Assembly (NCBI RefSeq): GCF_006345805.1
Contig: NC_043015.1
Coordinates: 28,334,001-28,398,000 of the forward strand
Reading direction: 5' to 3'
Length of the DNA: 64,000 nucleotides
Origin: Octopus sinensis
Taxonomy: Eukaryota
A program made the position numbers and the translations under genes. This document shows positions 37,871 to 51,179 of this stretch, piece by piece (the first letter of the stretch is position 1; the number at the start of each line of letters is the position of its first letter). The notes below the pieces were generated by a model. The model saw only the letters and a program-made list of their open reading frames with translations, searched no databases and had not been told where the DNA came from.

Positions 37871-38814
37871 GATCTGATGGTTTGGTTTCTGTGGCTAGAT
37901 TCCTCCCTAATGCCAACCACTTTGGCTACTGTTTTTCTGTGTGTGTGTGTTTTTTTTTTGTACCACCAGCACTGGTGAGGGTGTCATGCAGTTTACAAGA
38001 CTGTGAACCCCTGAGAGGGCAACTTTATGCTAGGAAACAGGGAAGAGGAAGAGTAAAAGTAAAAGTATGTGAGAGAGGACCAGAGCAGAACAGGTTTCCT
38101 GCTGTAGTGGAGTTACATGTGTGTGAGATATAACATTCTATATGTTCTGCATGTATTCACAGATGTATGTATAAGAAAAAGAGAAAAAATGTTCTTGAAG
38201 TTTAACTTGCTAAAGAATAATTTAATTATATGTTATCACAGAATATGATGCTTGATTTTGGTTCTTAGATATCATTTTCAGATTCCCAGATTCCACTATC
38301 ATTCCAAAATTTCTGAGGTATTCATTTATTCAAGATATTGCAGTATGGGGACTAATATATATATATATATATATATAATATTAATTAGAGACAAAACCAC
38401 TATTATGCAAATTATTCCCTAATATTTATTATTATATATATATAGTTATATATATATATATATATATATAATTATTTGAGGGAATATTATTCCTAACTTA
38501 CAGGGAAAAATTCAATTTAGAAATACTAAATCAAATTTCACAAAATATAATATATATATCCTTAAATCCTTAAATCCTTAAAAATGTTTTAGCCCGAAGG
38601 CTGCAGCCATACTTGCGCCTTTTATCAATTCAAAATGAACAATTAAATTACACCATATATATATATATATATATATATATATGGATAATCTTACTCATTT
38701 TTGCACAAGGGAAGCAGGTTAGTCTGGGGTGGGGGTCAAACACAAAGTTTGACTTTAAATTCAGAATGTAAAATTTCAGAAGAAATACTGCAAGGTATTT
38801 TGTCTGGGACTGAT

Positions 38815-39207
38815 TCTTATTTCTTCACTGCCCACAGGGGGTTACACACAGAGGGGACAAACAAGGACAGCCAAACGGATTAAGTCAATTATATCGACCC
38901 CAGTGCATAACTGGTACTTATTTAATCGACCTCAAAAAGATGAAAGGCAAAGTCGACCTCGGCGGAATTTGAATTCAGGACATAGCATCAGCGGCGGTGG
39001 TCCTTTCTACTATAGGCAGAAGGCCTGAAATTTGGGAGCAGGGACTAGTCAATTACATCACCCCCCCCCCCTAGTATTTCACTCGTACTTATTTTACCAC
39101 CCTGAAAGGATGGAAGACAAAGTCGACCTCTGCAGAATCTGAACTCAGAATGTAAAAACAGACGGAATGCCCGGTGTGCTAATGATGCTGTCAGCTCATC
39201 GCCTTAA

Positions 39208-39242
<35 letters not shown>

Positions 39243-39620
39243 ATAATAATAATAATCTTTTCTATTATAGGCACAAGGCCTGAAATTTGGGGGATGGAGA
39301 CTACTCAATTACATTGACCCCAGTACTCAACTGGTACTTATTTCATCAATCCCAAAAGGATGAAAGGTGAAGTCAACCTTGGCGGAATTTGAACTCAGAA
39401 TATAAAGAGCCTAAAAAAATTCTTCTTGGCATTTTGTCCGATATGCTAATGATTCTGCCAGCTTAACCGCCTTAGTAATAACAAAAATAATGGCTTCTGA
39501 TTTAGGCTCAATGCCAGCAATTTTATGGGGTGGATGTTAGTTGATTGCAGTAATCCCAGTATTGACTGAAGTTTTATTTCATCAACCCTGAAGGGATGAA
39601 AGGCAAAGTTATATAGCTTG
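38815..39620 (-). mobile_element. Cluster of SINE-A and older A-related copies
   Basis: Repeated ggatgaaaggcaaagtc(g/a)acc motifs separated by (TAC)n/(TAA)n. Confidence 0.7.
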
Positions 39621-39837
39621 TCACTTAATCCCATTAAAAACAAGAGGGACGTTTGCCAGGTTTATTATCTGTAAATCTGCAAGAAATGAAAATAAATCTT
39701 CTGTGTTGAATGAAATGGCCTGCTTTATAAGTAAATATGGTGATGAGTGATTAATCAGGTAATTCAACAGGTAATTGTTGAATGATAAGAATGTGTGGAG
39801 CAGCGAGACTGTTTATGAAAAGGGTGGTGGTGGTGGT

Positions 39838-40022
39838 GGTCGTCTGCCGTTATGTTCTGGGTTCAAATCCCGCCGAGGTCGACTTTGCCTTTCATCTTTT
39901 CGGTGTCGATAAATTAAGTACCAGTTACGCACTGGGGTCGATGTAATCGACTTAATACCTATGTCTGTCCTTGTTTGTACCCTCTATGTTTAGCCCCCTG
40001 TGGGCAATAAAGAAATAGGTAT
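39838..40022 (+). mobile_element. SINE-A body
   Basis: Ends aaagaaataggtat. Confidence 0.85.
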
Positions 40023-40149
40023 AACATATAGAGAGAAGAGAAACCCTGATTGGTCTGCTAGCAGATATTGTACCAGAACAAAGTGGTTTCATCACTGACG
40101 GGGAAGACATTACAATGGAATTACAGAGCATACTGGAATCATCACCACC

Positions 40150-40760
40150 ACCATCGTAGGTACATGGCCTGAAATTTGAGGGGAGATGGCTAGTCGATTA
40201 CATCGACCCCCAGTGTTTCACTGGTACTTAATTTATTAATCCCAAAAGGATGAAAAGCAAAGTCGACCTCGGCAGAATTTGAACTCAGAACATAGCGGCA
40301 GACGAAATACCTATTTCTTTACTACCCACAAGGAGCTAAACACAGTGAGGACAAACAAGGACAGACAAACGGATTAAGTCGATTATATCGACCCCAGTGC
40401 GTAGCTGGTACTTAATTTATCGACCCCGAAAGGATGAAAGGCAAAGTCAACCTCGGCGGAATTTGAACTCAGAACGTAACGGCAGACGAAATACTGCTTA
40501 GCATTTTGTCTGGCGTGCTAACGTTTTTTATTTCTTTATTGCCTACAAGGGGCTAAACATAGAGGGGACAAACAAGGACAGACAAACGGATTAAGTCAAT
40601 TACATCGACTCCAGTGCGTAACTAGTACTTAATTTATCGACCCCGAAAGGATGAAAGGCAAAGTCGACCTCGGCGGAATTAGAACTCCGAACGTAACGGC
40701 AGATGAAATACGGCTACACATTTCGCCCGGTGTGCTAACGGTTCTGCCAGCTCGGCGCCT
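40150..40760 (-). mobile_element. SINE-A trimer whose last unit is the older A-related type
   Basis: Head at about 40700-40760, three bodies; terminal unit ends aaatttcaggcc. Confidence 0.8.
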
Positions 40761-41116
40761 TTCTTTCCAGGCTATATATATATTACAACTGCACTAATAT
40801 ATTGAAAGGCATAGAAAGAACTAAGGTCTCTTAGTTTTAATTTTGCAGTTTTTCTTTCAATTTATAAATTCATGATGGTTTGATTTTCAAGAAAATTTTC
40901 AAGATAAATCTGATTTAATGTATTCAACGCTGAAATATTTTGGTTTTAATCCCTGTCTAGTTTTCTATGGTTATTACATCCAATCCAATTAGTGTTCTTA
41001 CAAGCTTCCATCAATACTTCTTGTACTCTACCACTATCTGAAATAATAGTGCCATGGTATTTTTTTCATGTAGAAATAAGTATCGTGTCAAAAAATATTT
41101 TTAATCCTTTTCAACA

Positions 41117-41148
<32 letters not shown>

Positions 41149-41800
41149 CCTAAAATGTTGATTAAATATTGATTTCATATTTTTAAAAAAAAATTTTATT
41201 TCTTTTTTTTTCAGAATATTAAATTACTTCTGGATTTTTTGTAAATTATAAAAAAAAAGGTAATATTTTTTTTTCTTATTTGTTTGTTTTTTTCATTTTT
41301 GCATAATCCTTGAACATAAAATTTTATCAGATGTTGCCAGTCTTGTTCATACATGCTCTGAACAGGTTTTTATAAATCATTTGATTCTTAGATGTTCCAC
41401 TTAAGTAAATGAAAAAAGACTTTCACTTCATAAAATGTCACATTGGCCATATTACTCTGTAAAGACAATCTGCTGTCTACTCATTTCAATTATATCTTAC
41501 AAATAATGTGTACATGTTTGAGTTTTTCACTCACTGCTTGACAACTGGTGTTGGTTTGTTTTCATCGACTAAAGCACCAGTCTCCTTTTTATCATACTCG
41601 GTTCCCATCTTAACCCATGCTATTACGTTCATTCTATCTTTTATTTCACTCATTTCACTGTCCATCTTGTGTACTACAAATGCTCCATAGAATTTGTACC
41701 AACTATCCCTTTACACCGAGTGTACCCTTGTCTGCCTTTTAGGACTGGTTGCTTCTTTTTATTCTCCCCTCTTGGTGATTTAACCACCGGGCCATTGCAT

Positions 41801-41995
41801 GGAGGCGCAATGGCCCGGTGGTTAGGGCAGCGAACTCGCGGTCATAGGATTGCGGTTTTGATTCCCGGACCGGGCGTTGTGAGTGTTTATTGAGCGAAAA
41901 CACCTAAAGCTCCATGATGCTACAGCAGGAGGGTGGCGATCACTGCTGCTCCAGCACGGCCGCAGTCAAAATGACCGAAACAAGTAAAAGAGATT
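41801..41995 (+). mobile_element. Chimera of SINE-D head and SINE-B tail
   Basis: D sequence up to gatcactgctg, then ctccagcacggccgcagtcaaaatgaccgaaacaagtaaaagag. Confidence 0.7.
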
Positions 41996-42589
41996 TAGCA
42001 AAAAAGAAGGCTGATAAAATAAGTGTCAGACTTAAAATATGTATTGGAATTGATTTGTCTGTGGCCACAGACAAACGACTAAAACAAGTGAAAGATAAGA
42101 GAGATAAAAAGCAAAAATGTGCCAAAGGGAAGCCATGCACACCAAGTACTGTGCAGATTGAGGGACAAGGGACAACTGTACGTTTATATTTGTCTGTGTG
42201 TGTGTGTATACACATGTACACACACACACACACACACATGCATGCACACACATAGCTGCATACACACTGACTGACAGTTGAAAACAGATGCTTCTTAGTT
42301 ATTCTTTTTCGTGTACTTCTTAAGTGTTCCTAATTACAAATTAGTGGGTTTCTTTGGGGGTTTTGATTAGATTGTTAATTTGCTAATTTGCTGTTAATTA
42401 TGATTTTTAAAAGTCAAAGTTTAATAGACAAGACTGCCTGACATTTTCGCGTTTTCCTTAGAACCAATTTTCTTCAGACATTTCTCTCTCTCTTTTTTTA
42501 ATATACTCCATCATATCATCTTTACATTAAATTGTTAGAGTCACACAGATTATTAACTGCTCTTCAGACAATTCAACTAACGACCCATG

Positions 42590-43295
42590 GGATCTTTTCG
42601 GTTTGAACGGCAGTTTTTAGCATAATTTCTAGGTAACTCATCATCATCATCATTTAACGTCCGCTTTCCATGCTAGCATGGGTTGGACGGTTCAACTGGG
42701 GTCTGGGGAGCCCGAAGGCTGCACCAGGCCAGTCAGATCTGGCAGTGTTTCTACAGCTGGATGCCCTTCCTAACACCAACCACTCCGACAGTGTAGTGGG
42801 TGATTTTATGTGCCACCGACACAGGTGCCAGACGAGGCTGGCGAACGGCCACGCTCGGATGGTGTTTTTTATGTGCCACCGACACAGGTGCCAAATGAAA
42901 AAATTTTAAACTTCCTATACTGGTAGAATGTGTTTATAAAACATCTTTTTCTCTTGGCTTTATTGAGAAAATTCTATAGTTTGTAAGATATTTGTTGTTG
43001 TTTTCTTCTTCAATTTCTGCAATTTCAACCAATCAATTACGTCCATTGAGGTGAAAACATTCTGTGCCGTATGAATATGTCCCTCGTTTAAGAAACAGAT
43101 TGGGTTTATTTACATTTGTGAAGAAAAAAAGATACCCTTCCCCCCACCCCTAACACCTAACCCTAACCCTAACCCTAACTAACCCTAACCCTAAAACAGA
43201 TTGAAATGCAATAGATCGATACTAGGGTCATAATTATGGGTGACAATTTCATATGACGCCGCTAGAAAAAACTGCCGTTCAAACCGAAAAGATCC
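42590..43295. mobile_element. GG-terminal MITE (same family as 17173) with family C insertion (42648-42893) and (CCCTAA)n
   Basis: TIRs ggatcttttcggtttgaacggcag / ctgccgttcaaaccgaaaagatcc; flanks gacccatg and aacccttg match at 6 of 8. Confidence 0.85.
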
Positions 43296-43750
43296 AACCC
43301 TTGTGACTTTTTTTAATCACCTGCCCCAAATTAATTGTACCAGCAAATCTACCCATCTACAAAGGAGGCATTGAATGAGGGAAGGAAGTCATAACGGCAG
43401 TATGTATTGAGAAATGTGTAAATGAACTTGATAGATTACTGGGTGATGTCTTAGAGAAGTCACATTATTGTTGGTGATACAGCATTCTGTTGCAGCTATA
43501 TGACATGTGTTTGCGACTAAGTGACGTGTGATGATGATTCACTCCCGATCTGAAATAGGCTCCCAGACTCTTGTATCATGAATGGTTATCATGAGTGGAC
43601 CACTCCTAATGGAAGCCAGGTCTTCTTTCGACCCCTACATAAAAAGTATTAAGAAACACATGTTATTTACATATACATTTATTTTAGTTGTTTACGCTAT
43701 TTTATGCTTGTTTACACTCTTATACATTCAAAGTTCACAAATTTCCTTAT

Positions 43751-44563
43751 GTTTCAGTCATTTGACTGCGGCCATGCTGGAGCACCGCCTTTAGTCGAGC
43801 AAATCGATCCCGGGACTTACTCTTTGAAAGCCCAGTACTTATTCTATCGGTCTCTTTTGCCAAACCGCTAAGTGATGGGGACGTAAACACACTAGCATCG
43901 GTTGTCAAGCAATGCTAGGGGGACAAACACAGACACACAAACACACACACACACATGCATATATATATATACATATATACGACGGGCTTCTTTCAGTTTC
44001 CGTCTACCAAATCCACTCAAAAGGCTTTGGCCGGCCCGAGGCTATAGTAGAAGACACTTGCCCAAGGTGTCACGCAGTGGGACTGAACCCGGAACCACGT
44101 GGGTTGGTAAGCAAGCTACTTACCACACAACCACTCCTGCGCCTATATATGTTTACATACATACATATATATATATCTACATATATACGACGGGCTTCTT
44201 TCAGTTTCCGTCTACCAAATCCACTCACAAGGCTTTGGTCGGCTCGATGCTATAGCAGAAGACACTTGCCCTAGGTGCCACGCAGTGGGACTGAACCCAG
44301 AACCACGTGGTCGGTAAGCGAGCTACTTACCACACAACCACTCCTGCGCCTATATATGTTTACATACATACATATATATATATCTACATATATACGACGG
44401 GCTTCTTTCAGTTTCTGTCTACCAAATCCACTCACAAGGCTTTGGTCGGCCCGAGGCTATAGCAGAAGACACTTGCCCAAGGTGCCACGCAGTGGGACTG
44501 AACCCGGAAGCACGTGGGTTGGTAAGCGAGCTACTTACCACATGACCCACTCCTGCGCCTATC
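43751..44563 (-). mobile_element. SINE-B with triplicated 5' half
   Basis: gacgggcttc recurs at 43981, 44189 and 44396 (period 207-208 bp). Confidence 0.85.
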
Positions 44564-45359
44564 TGTATATATATATTTATATTTTTTAAACAAAATGAAA
44601 TGATATATAAACAAGAAACAGGACGATGGCAATATGACGATAAGAGCAGGTGGAGGAGAACGGCAGCAATGTCTGTGTAACAGTTTCTCCCTTTTCAAAT
44701 TTTTTGTTGTTAATTCTAATTTTCATGCTACAAGCTATTTCAACATACATGCTTATATTATAAACAAAGCGAGACCAGCAGCTATAAAGAATATATAACA
44801 ATGCAGAGCTGGTGTGGAGGAGCTGGTATGCATGTTCTATCTTCTGTCGTCGTGTATATTCTCTTATCTGCGAGCCATATATGGTTTTGTTTTAAATATA
44901 TATTATATATTCCCAGTAGCAGTTTATTGTTTCATTGAACACAGCATTTTATTGTTGTTTCGTTGTCATTCGAAAATGTTGACTGGAATCGGTAACACAA
45001 GATTCACGTATTCCTTGGAGACTCTTAAGAAATTGCCTATGTTTGTTTACTTTGTATGCGGTTATTTGTCTGGGAATATGATATTATCTTAGTCCCAAAT
45101 TGGTGTGTGTGTGTGTGTGTGATGTGTGTGTGTGTGTGTACTGCATGCATTTGTAAGTGCATGTGTGCATTTGGGTGTGTATCTCCACATGTGTGCATGT
45201 ATATGTGTAAGTGCATGCATGTGTGTGTACTTACATATGTGTGCATGCATGCATGCATGTATGTGTGTTTCTTTTTTGTGTGTATAGGTATATATAAAAC
45301 CCCATCAGTTTTAATCAAAGGGCCACTCAACATTTTTCTGTAGGGTATTAGATTTATTT

Positions 45360-45860
45360 TCATCATCATCATCATCGTTTAGCGTCCGCTTTCCATGCTG
45401 GTATGGGTTGGACGGTGCAACTGGGGTCTGGGAAGCCAGAAGGCTGCACCAGGCCCAGTCTAATCTGGCAGTGTTTCTATGGCTGGATGCCCTTACTAAT
45501 GCCAACCACTCCGTGAGTGTAGTGGGTGCTCTTTACGTGCCACTGGCACAGGTGCCAGACGAAGCTGGCAAACGGCCATGATCGGATGGAGCTTTTTACG
45601 TGCCACCGGCATGGGTGCCAGGCGAGGCTGGCAATGGCCACAATCGAATGTTGCTTTTTATGTGCCACCGGCACAAATCTAAGGGAAAGGCAAACGCCAA
45701 TACAGTTTGGCACCAGTGACATTGCAACTCATTTCTACAGCTGAGTGAATCAGAGCAATGCGAAATAAGGTGTCTTGCTCAAGAACACAACACACAGCCC
45801 AGTCTGGGAATGGAACTTACTGGTTGTGAGCCCTTTGCTTTCACCACTGAGCCATCTGTG
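45360..45860 (-). mobile_element. Family C (45360-45675) followed by a SINE-E 5' part
   Basis: Matches other C and E copies. Confidence 0.75.
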
Positions 45861-45943
45861 AAGGTCCAGCAAACTCATCTGCTAGAATACTTCACTTTTC
45901 TTCCAACCTCCTTGTCTTGCACATAATCAGCTTTGTTGCGATT

Positions 45944-46380
45944 CATCATCATCATTGTCGTTTAACGTCCGCTTTCCATGCTAGCATGGGTTGGCCGAAT
46001 GACTGAGGGCTGGCGAACCAGATGGCTGCACCAGGCTTCAATCTTGATCTGGCAGAGTTTCTACAGCTGGATGCCCTTCCTAACGCCAACCACTCCGAGA
46101 GTGTAGTGGGTGCTTTTTACGTGCCACTAGCACAGGGCCAGTCAGGCGGTACTGGCAATGACCTCGCTCGAATCTTATTACATGTGCCACCGGCATGGGT
46201 GCCAGCAAGGCGATGCTGGTAACGATCACGCTCGAATGGTGTCTTTTACGTGCCACCGGCATGGAGGCCAGATAGCCGCTCTGGCAACGATCACGCTTGG
46301 ATGGTGCTCTTAATACCCTACTAGCACGGCGCTCGAGTGCCAGTAAGGCGACGCTGGCACTCGAGTCATGTGCTAGCGTT
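45944..46380 (-). mobile_element. Family C, subfamily with variant units
   Basis: (CAT)n tail and gtgccaccggca units. Confidence 0.8.
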
Positions 46381-46386
46381 GCCCAT

Positions 46387-46650
46387 TCATTGTTGATTTT
46401 GTAGGTAGTTATAAATAGACGGTTTCCTCCAGATGTAAGAATTTTGCTTCTTTACGACAAAATCCATGTTTTATTTTTCTCTTCCCATTTCCTCTAACGC
46501 CTCACCCTGTCTCCTCCATTCACAAGAAATATTCTTTCGGCTCGTGGTGGTCCATACTTTTGCTCAATTGCCATGTTATTCGGCACATTCCACAGCCGGC
46601 AGCTTGTAACTAATTGTGTATAACTTGTTCTTCTGTGCCGAATTGCTCAT
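46387..46650 (-). pseudogene. pogo-type transposase N-terminal fossil (Brinker-like DNA-binding domain)
   Basis: MSNSAQKNKLYTISYKLPAVECAE*HGN*AKVW...CEWRRQGEALEEMGREK*; resembles the Y..FKL.V.E.AE.HGN..A.R.F...WR.Q pattern; 3 in-frame stops. Confidence 0.6.
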
Positions 46651-47130
46651 GTTGTGCAAGGGTAATGTCAGCTGAATAACTAAACTGACAGCTAACAGAT
46701 GGCATCTACTTTGGTGGTGCTTCTTCTGCTTGCTTACAAATGGTTGATTTTGCCATTAACCAAATAAAACTAATGACATTAGAAATTACAGGTGTTAGCA
46801 AAAGCCTTGCGAACTTATCATTAGTTACCATAGACACATTACTAAAGTAATAAACATGGGAACCATAGTCCCGGAATATCATCATAACTGTTTTAACATC
46901 CAATTTTCCATGCTTTGCATGGGTCAGATGGAGTTCATAGAAGCAGATTTTATACAGCTGGATGCCCTTCCTGTTGCCAACTCTCACCTATTTCCAGGCC
47001 AGATATTTCCCCCATGGCCAAGAATGTTTTCGTAGAATATTGGAAATGAATGGCACTGCTTGTATGACAGTGACACTCATTTACAGCTATCATGTAATGT
47101 CAAAGAGAAGGAAACACAAGCAATACACAT

Positions 47131-47355
47131 TAGGCGGCGAGCTGGCAGAAACATTAGCACGCCGGACGAAATGCGTAGCCGTATTTCATCTGCCATTACG
47201 TTCTGAGTTCCATTTCCGCCAAGGTCGACTTTGCTTTTCATCCTTTTGGGGTCGATAAATTAAGTACCAGTTACGCACTGGGGTCGATGTAATCTGTTTG
47301 TCTGTCCTTGTTTGTCCCCTCTATGTTTAGCCCCTTGTGGGCAGTAAGGAAATAT
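47131..47355 (+). mobile_element. SINE-A
   Basis: Head ggcggcgagctggcag plus body. Confidence 0.85.
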
Positions 47356-49409
47356 ATACATGTTCTCTGCCTCTCTCTCATATGTACACTCCATCTCTTT
47401 TACACACACACACAAACATGCACATTATAGGTTTCTTTTAGCTTCCATTTGGGTGCTGTGGGTTATGAAGGACATCCAGCCTTAGAAACCAAGTCAGGTC
47501 AGACTGGAACCTGGTGCAGCTCTCCAGCCTTGCCAGCCCTGGTCAAACCCTCCAACCCATGCCAGCATGGACAACAGATGTTGAAGAAAGATGATGATGT
47601 TGAAAGCCAGTGTGTTTTAATAGAAATGCGGTAATGAAAGGATTAATAAACTCGAACAATCTTTTAGATGGGTTGTTGATATCGAAGGGTTAAATGAATT
47701 TTTCTTTTCTTTATAAAAGAACACAGACTGAATAGATGTGTGTATCTATTGTTGTTGAATTGTTGTTAAGTGCAAGCTATTGTATAAGCAAACATTTAAA
47801 CTGTTTTTTTTTTTTTATTATTTGAAAACAAGGGCTTTGGGAGCAGATAGATGCTTGTGTGGTTGATAGGTTGTTGATAAAGTAAAGAAAATCTTACGTG
47901 AGTGAGTCAGGGGTGAGATAAGAATGTCTAGACTGATTTAGAGAATAAATAATGGCAGATAAGTGTGAAATACAACAAAACTCTCCTCTAAAATGCAAGA
48001 GAGGACGGGCGGGAGAGATACAGATTTAAATATCTTTGATAGTGAGAATAAAATTGGTCTTTGTTTAATATAATAACTTATCTGTATTTTCCACCCTGAA
48101 GTTTAAATATGCAGTGTGTGCATGTGTGTGTGTGTATGTATATATATATATATAATATATATATTATATATATATATATATATTATATTATATTATATTA
48201 TATTATATTATATTATATATACACACACAGAGAAGGAGAGAGTGAGAGTGTTCTGTTTCATTATTGGTAGAATCAACAAAAAATGTACTTCATCTACTGA
48301 AAGATAGATACAATTTAATATACACAGGATTTAAATATGAGTTAGTATAAGTTACATGCTCTGATAGCACAGTAGTTGAATGAACTTGTATAGTGTGCTG
48401 TGTACAATCCTGCAATCTTTCAGGCTCAAAATAACCATGGTCGCTCTTTGAGAAAACGTGAGAATGGTAAGAGGGAAAAGAGAAAAGAAAAAGTTTAGAA
48501 AAGCGAAACAAAGCAAAGACGGAAATGAGAAAAAATAAGAAAGAAGGGCTTCGAGGAAAGAGAGATCTGCACAAAAAGACATGAGCGGGTAAAAGATTTT
48601 GGGTGGTGGTGGGCAGGGACCTGTTCTGAGTAGAAAGGACTTGGGGAAGGAAATGGTCAGTGCCAGGGTGAAGGATTAGAAATAAAGAGGGTAATTTTGA
48701 TAGTCGTGCCTTCTCCAAATACATTCACTGCATAATTGAAGGGTGAACCTCAGCCAGGGACAGAAACCGGACTCGACTTTACTGAAGCTTCCCTTTTTAT
48801 TTTCCACCTCTCGTCCACTTCTTCTCCCCCCCCCTTGTGTTTGTCACTTACACAACTAAATCTACAAAAAATATATCTTAACTTTATTGTGGACAGGATT
48901 TTCTATTGCTGTATAGTATTAGCTTTGAAAATCCCTTTTTTTAACAAAGGAACAAATATTTGTTCTAAACTCATGATTCTCACATTTTTTTAATGTTTAC
49001 GTCTTTGAAAAAAAAAAAAAAAGAATCTTTTGAAGTGAATATAGATTAAATCTTTAGCATGTTCCAGAATATTGTTTGTCGGTAAAAGTCAACAAAATTC
49101 CACAGTATCTCAGCAACATGTGAATGTGTTGTTTTTCTTATGTCAGGGTGTGGACGGGTGGGTGGGTGGGTGGGTGGGTGGGGGGGTTTGGGTTGATGAC
49201 CGAAGCGTGTCTTTTTTTTTCTCGGTTAATGTTATGACAAGGGTGGAAAATCGTTATCTGTCAACACTTAACCGATTCCCTTGAGCCTGTTTGGAAATTT
49301 TAGTACCTAACAAAAAAACACAAAATAAACCAAAAAACAATTAGGGATTGGTTGTAACTCTGGTTATGGTACATTTAGCCGTGTACATAGCTTCATTCAT
49401 CCAAACATC

Positions 49410-49750
49410 TGAGACCCCCTTCGGTCACGACACAGACCATGGGATTGCACCTAGAAAGTTACCCTCCCAGGCACAAGTCTGGGCAAGGTTGTTTTTTTTA
49501 TGGAAGACCAGCAGTCGCCCATGCATACCGGCCTCCCCTCTCCACACCACCAGTGTTATCCAACGGAAAGGCAAAGGGGCTGATACAGCTTGGCACCTGT
49601 GACGTTGCATCTCATTTTTACAGCTGAGTGGACTGGAGCAATGTGAAATGAAGTGTTTTGCTCAAGAACACAACGCATCGCCTGGTCCCGGAATCGAAAC
49701 CACAACCTTACGATCATGAGTTCAACACCCTAACCACTAAGCCACGTGTC
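49410..49750 (-). mobile_element. SINE-E (CORE-like), full length
   Basis: Head gtggcttagtggttaggg, ggtttcgattcc, gtgttcttgagcaaaacacttc..ccactcagctgtaaaaatgag. Confidence 0.8.
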
Positions 49751-49774
49751 TCCACAAACATAGAAAAGTAGACG

Positions 49775-50155
49775 TGGCACCTTGGGCAAATGTCTTCTGC
49801 TATAGCCGCAGGCTGGCCAAAACCTTGTAAGTGGATTTGGTAGAAGGAAACTGAAAGAAGCCCGTTGTATATATATATATATATGTATGTATTTGTGTGT
49901 TTGTGCTCCTGCAATCGCTTGACAACCAATGCTGGTGTGTTTATGTCCCTGTAACTTAGCAGTTCAGCAAACGAGAACTGATAGAATAAGTTCTAGGCTT
50001 ACAAAGCCTAGGACTTATTCTATCAGTTCTCGTTTGCTGAAGAAATTGACCCCATGCAAGCCCTGGGGGTCAATTTCTTCGACTAAAACCCTTTAAGGTG
50101 GTGCTCCAGCATGGCCGCAGTCAAATGACTGAAGCAAGTAAAGAATAAAAGAATA
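49775..50155 (+). mobile_element. Older SINE-B copy with an internal foldback duplication
   Basis: B body and tail; hairpin at 49963-50041. Confidence 0.8.
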
Positions 50156-50204
50156 AGCCGTGCTTACAGGAAAGCGGATTTGTTGTCAGGATGAATGATT
50201 TTCA

Positions 50205-50417
50205 CCCTTTAGCTTTCAGATTATCCTGTCAAACATAATGCATATTTATTCACACTGTTCGTGTGTTGCTTTGAGATTTCGATAGTTTGATTGTTTGTTT
50301 TTTAGAATGACATTGTAATGTAGGTGTGAGAGAGACAGGATTTGGCTGTTTTGAACTTAAAGCAAATAAAATATTTGGGATGGACATGGCTGGTGTTTCG
50401 GTGCAGAAGAGCTGTTG
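50205..50417. mobile_element. piggyBac-type MITE family 2, degenerate
   Basis: cccttttagctttcagattatcctgtcaaac, colinear with other copies. Confidence 0.7.
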
Positions 50418-50805
50418 TTAATCAAAAGTCATTCCATTTAAATTTGGTTAAAATTTGGTTTTAGCAAACGGTGTATTGTGTTTTGTAAAAAAAAAAAGCG
50501 AGCCAATTAGAGAAGATTATATAATGAATTATATAATTGTTTGTTGCAAGTGATTGAAAATTATCAAATATCTACAGATAAAGGCAATTATATGTAATCT
50601 TAAGATACAACTGTGATAATACTGAAGTACAAAAATCAAGTATTTATAATGAGGCAGAAAAAAACTACTAGAGTGTGTATGTCATGTGTTTTAGTTGCAA
50701 ATACATCTGCAAATATGCAAACAGACAGGCAGTGTGTGTATGCATATATATATATATGTGTGAATATATATGTACAGATGCCTACATAAGTATGCATAGA
50801 TGTGA

Positions 50806-50843
<38 letters not shown>

Positions 50844-51179
50844 TATTGTGATGAGAGATCATCAGATCTAGTGAGTCTTGGCGTTTGTCGTGAATTTGAG
50901 GGTTTTAGTTGTTACTGTATTACTCATGTGCAGGGGATGTATAATGCATAACAGAATTCTTGATATTTGTGAGCACGAATCCCAAGTCAGCCCTGATGAC
51001 GGCAGATCTATAACCAAAGGCCCTCACGCTATGGCCACTCCCACCTAATATTCACTGGACAGCTTTATCCAATATGTCCTTTTTAACTCTCTTCTTACTA
51101 TATTTCTATTGAAATACCACTAATCCAATCTTTCAATTAATTTTGAAAATAATTAAAAATTTAGTAACGTAACTTTGTT

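Noticed and set aside
39627-39676. Extra minus-strand exon after the strong acceptor ttcatttcttgcag
   Set aside because: No good donor, and including it shifts the downstream frame
41331-41365. Plus-strand mini-exon DVASLVHTCSEQ
   Set aside because: Donor GTTTTT is poor; expected by chance
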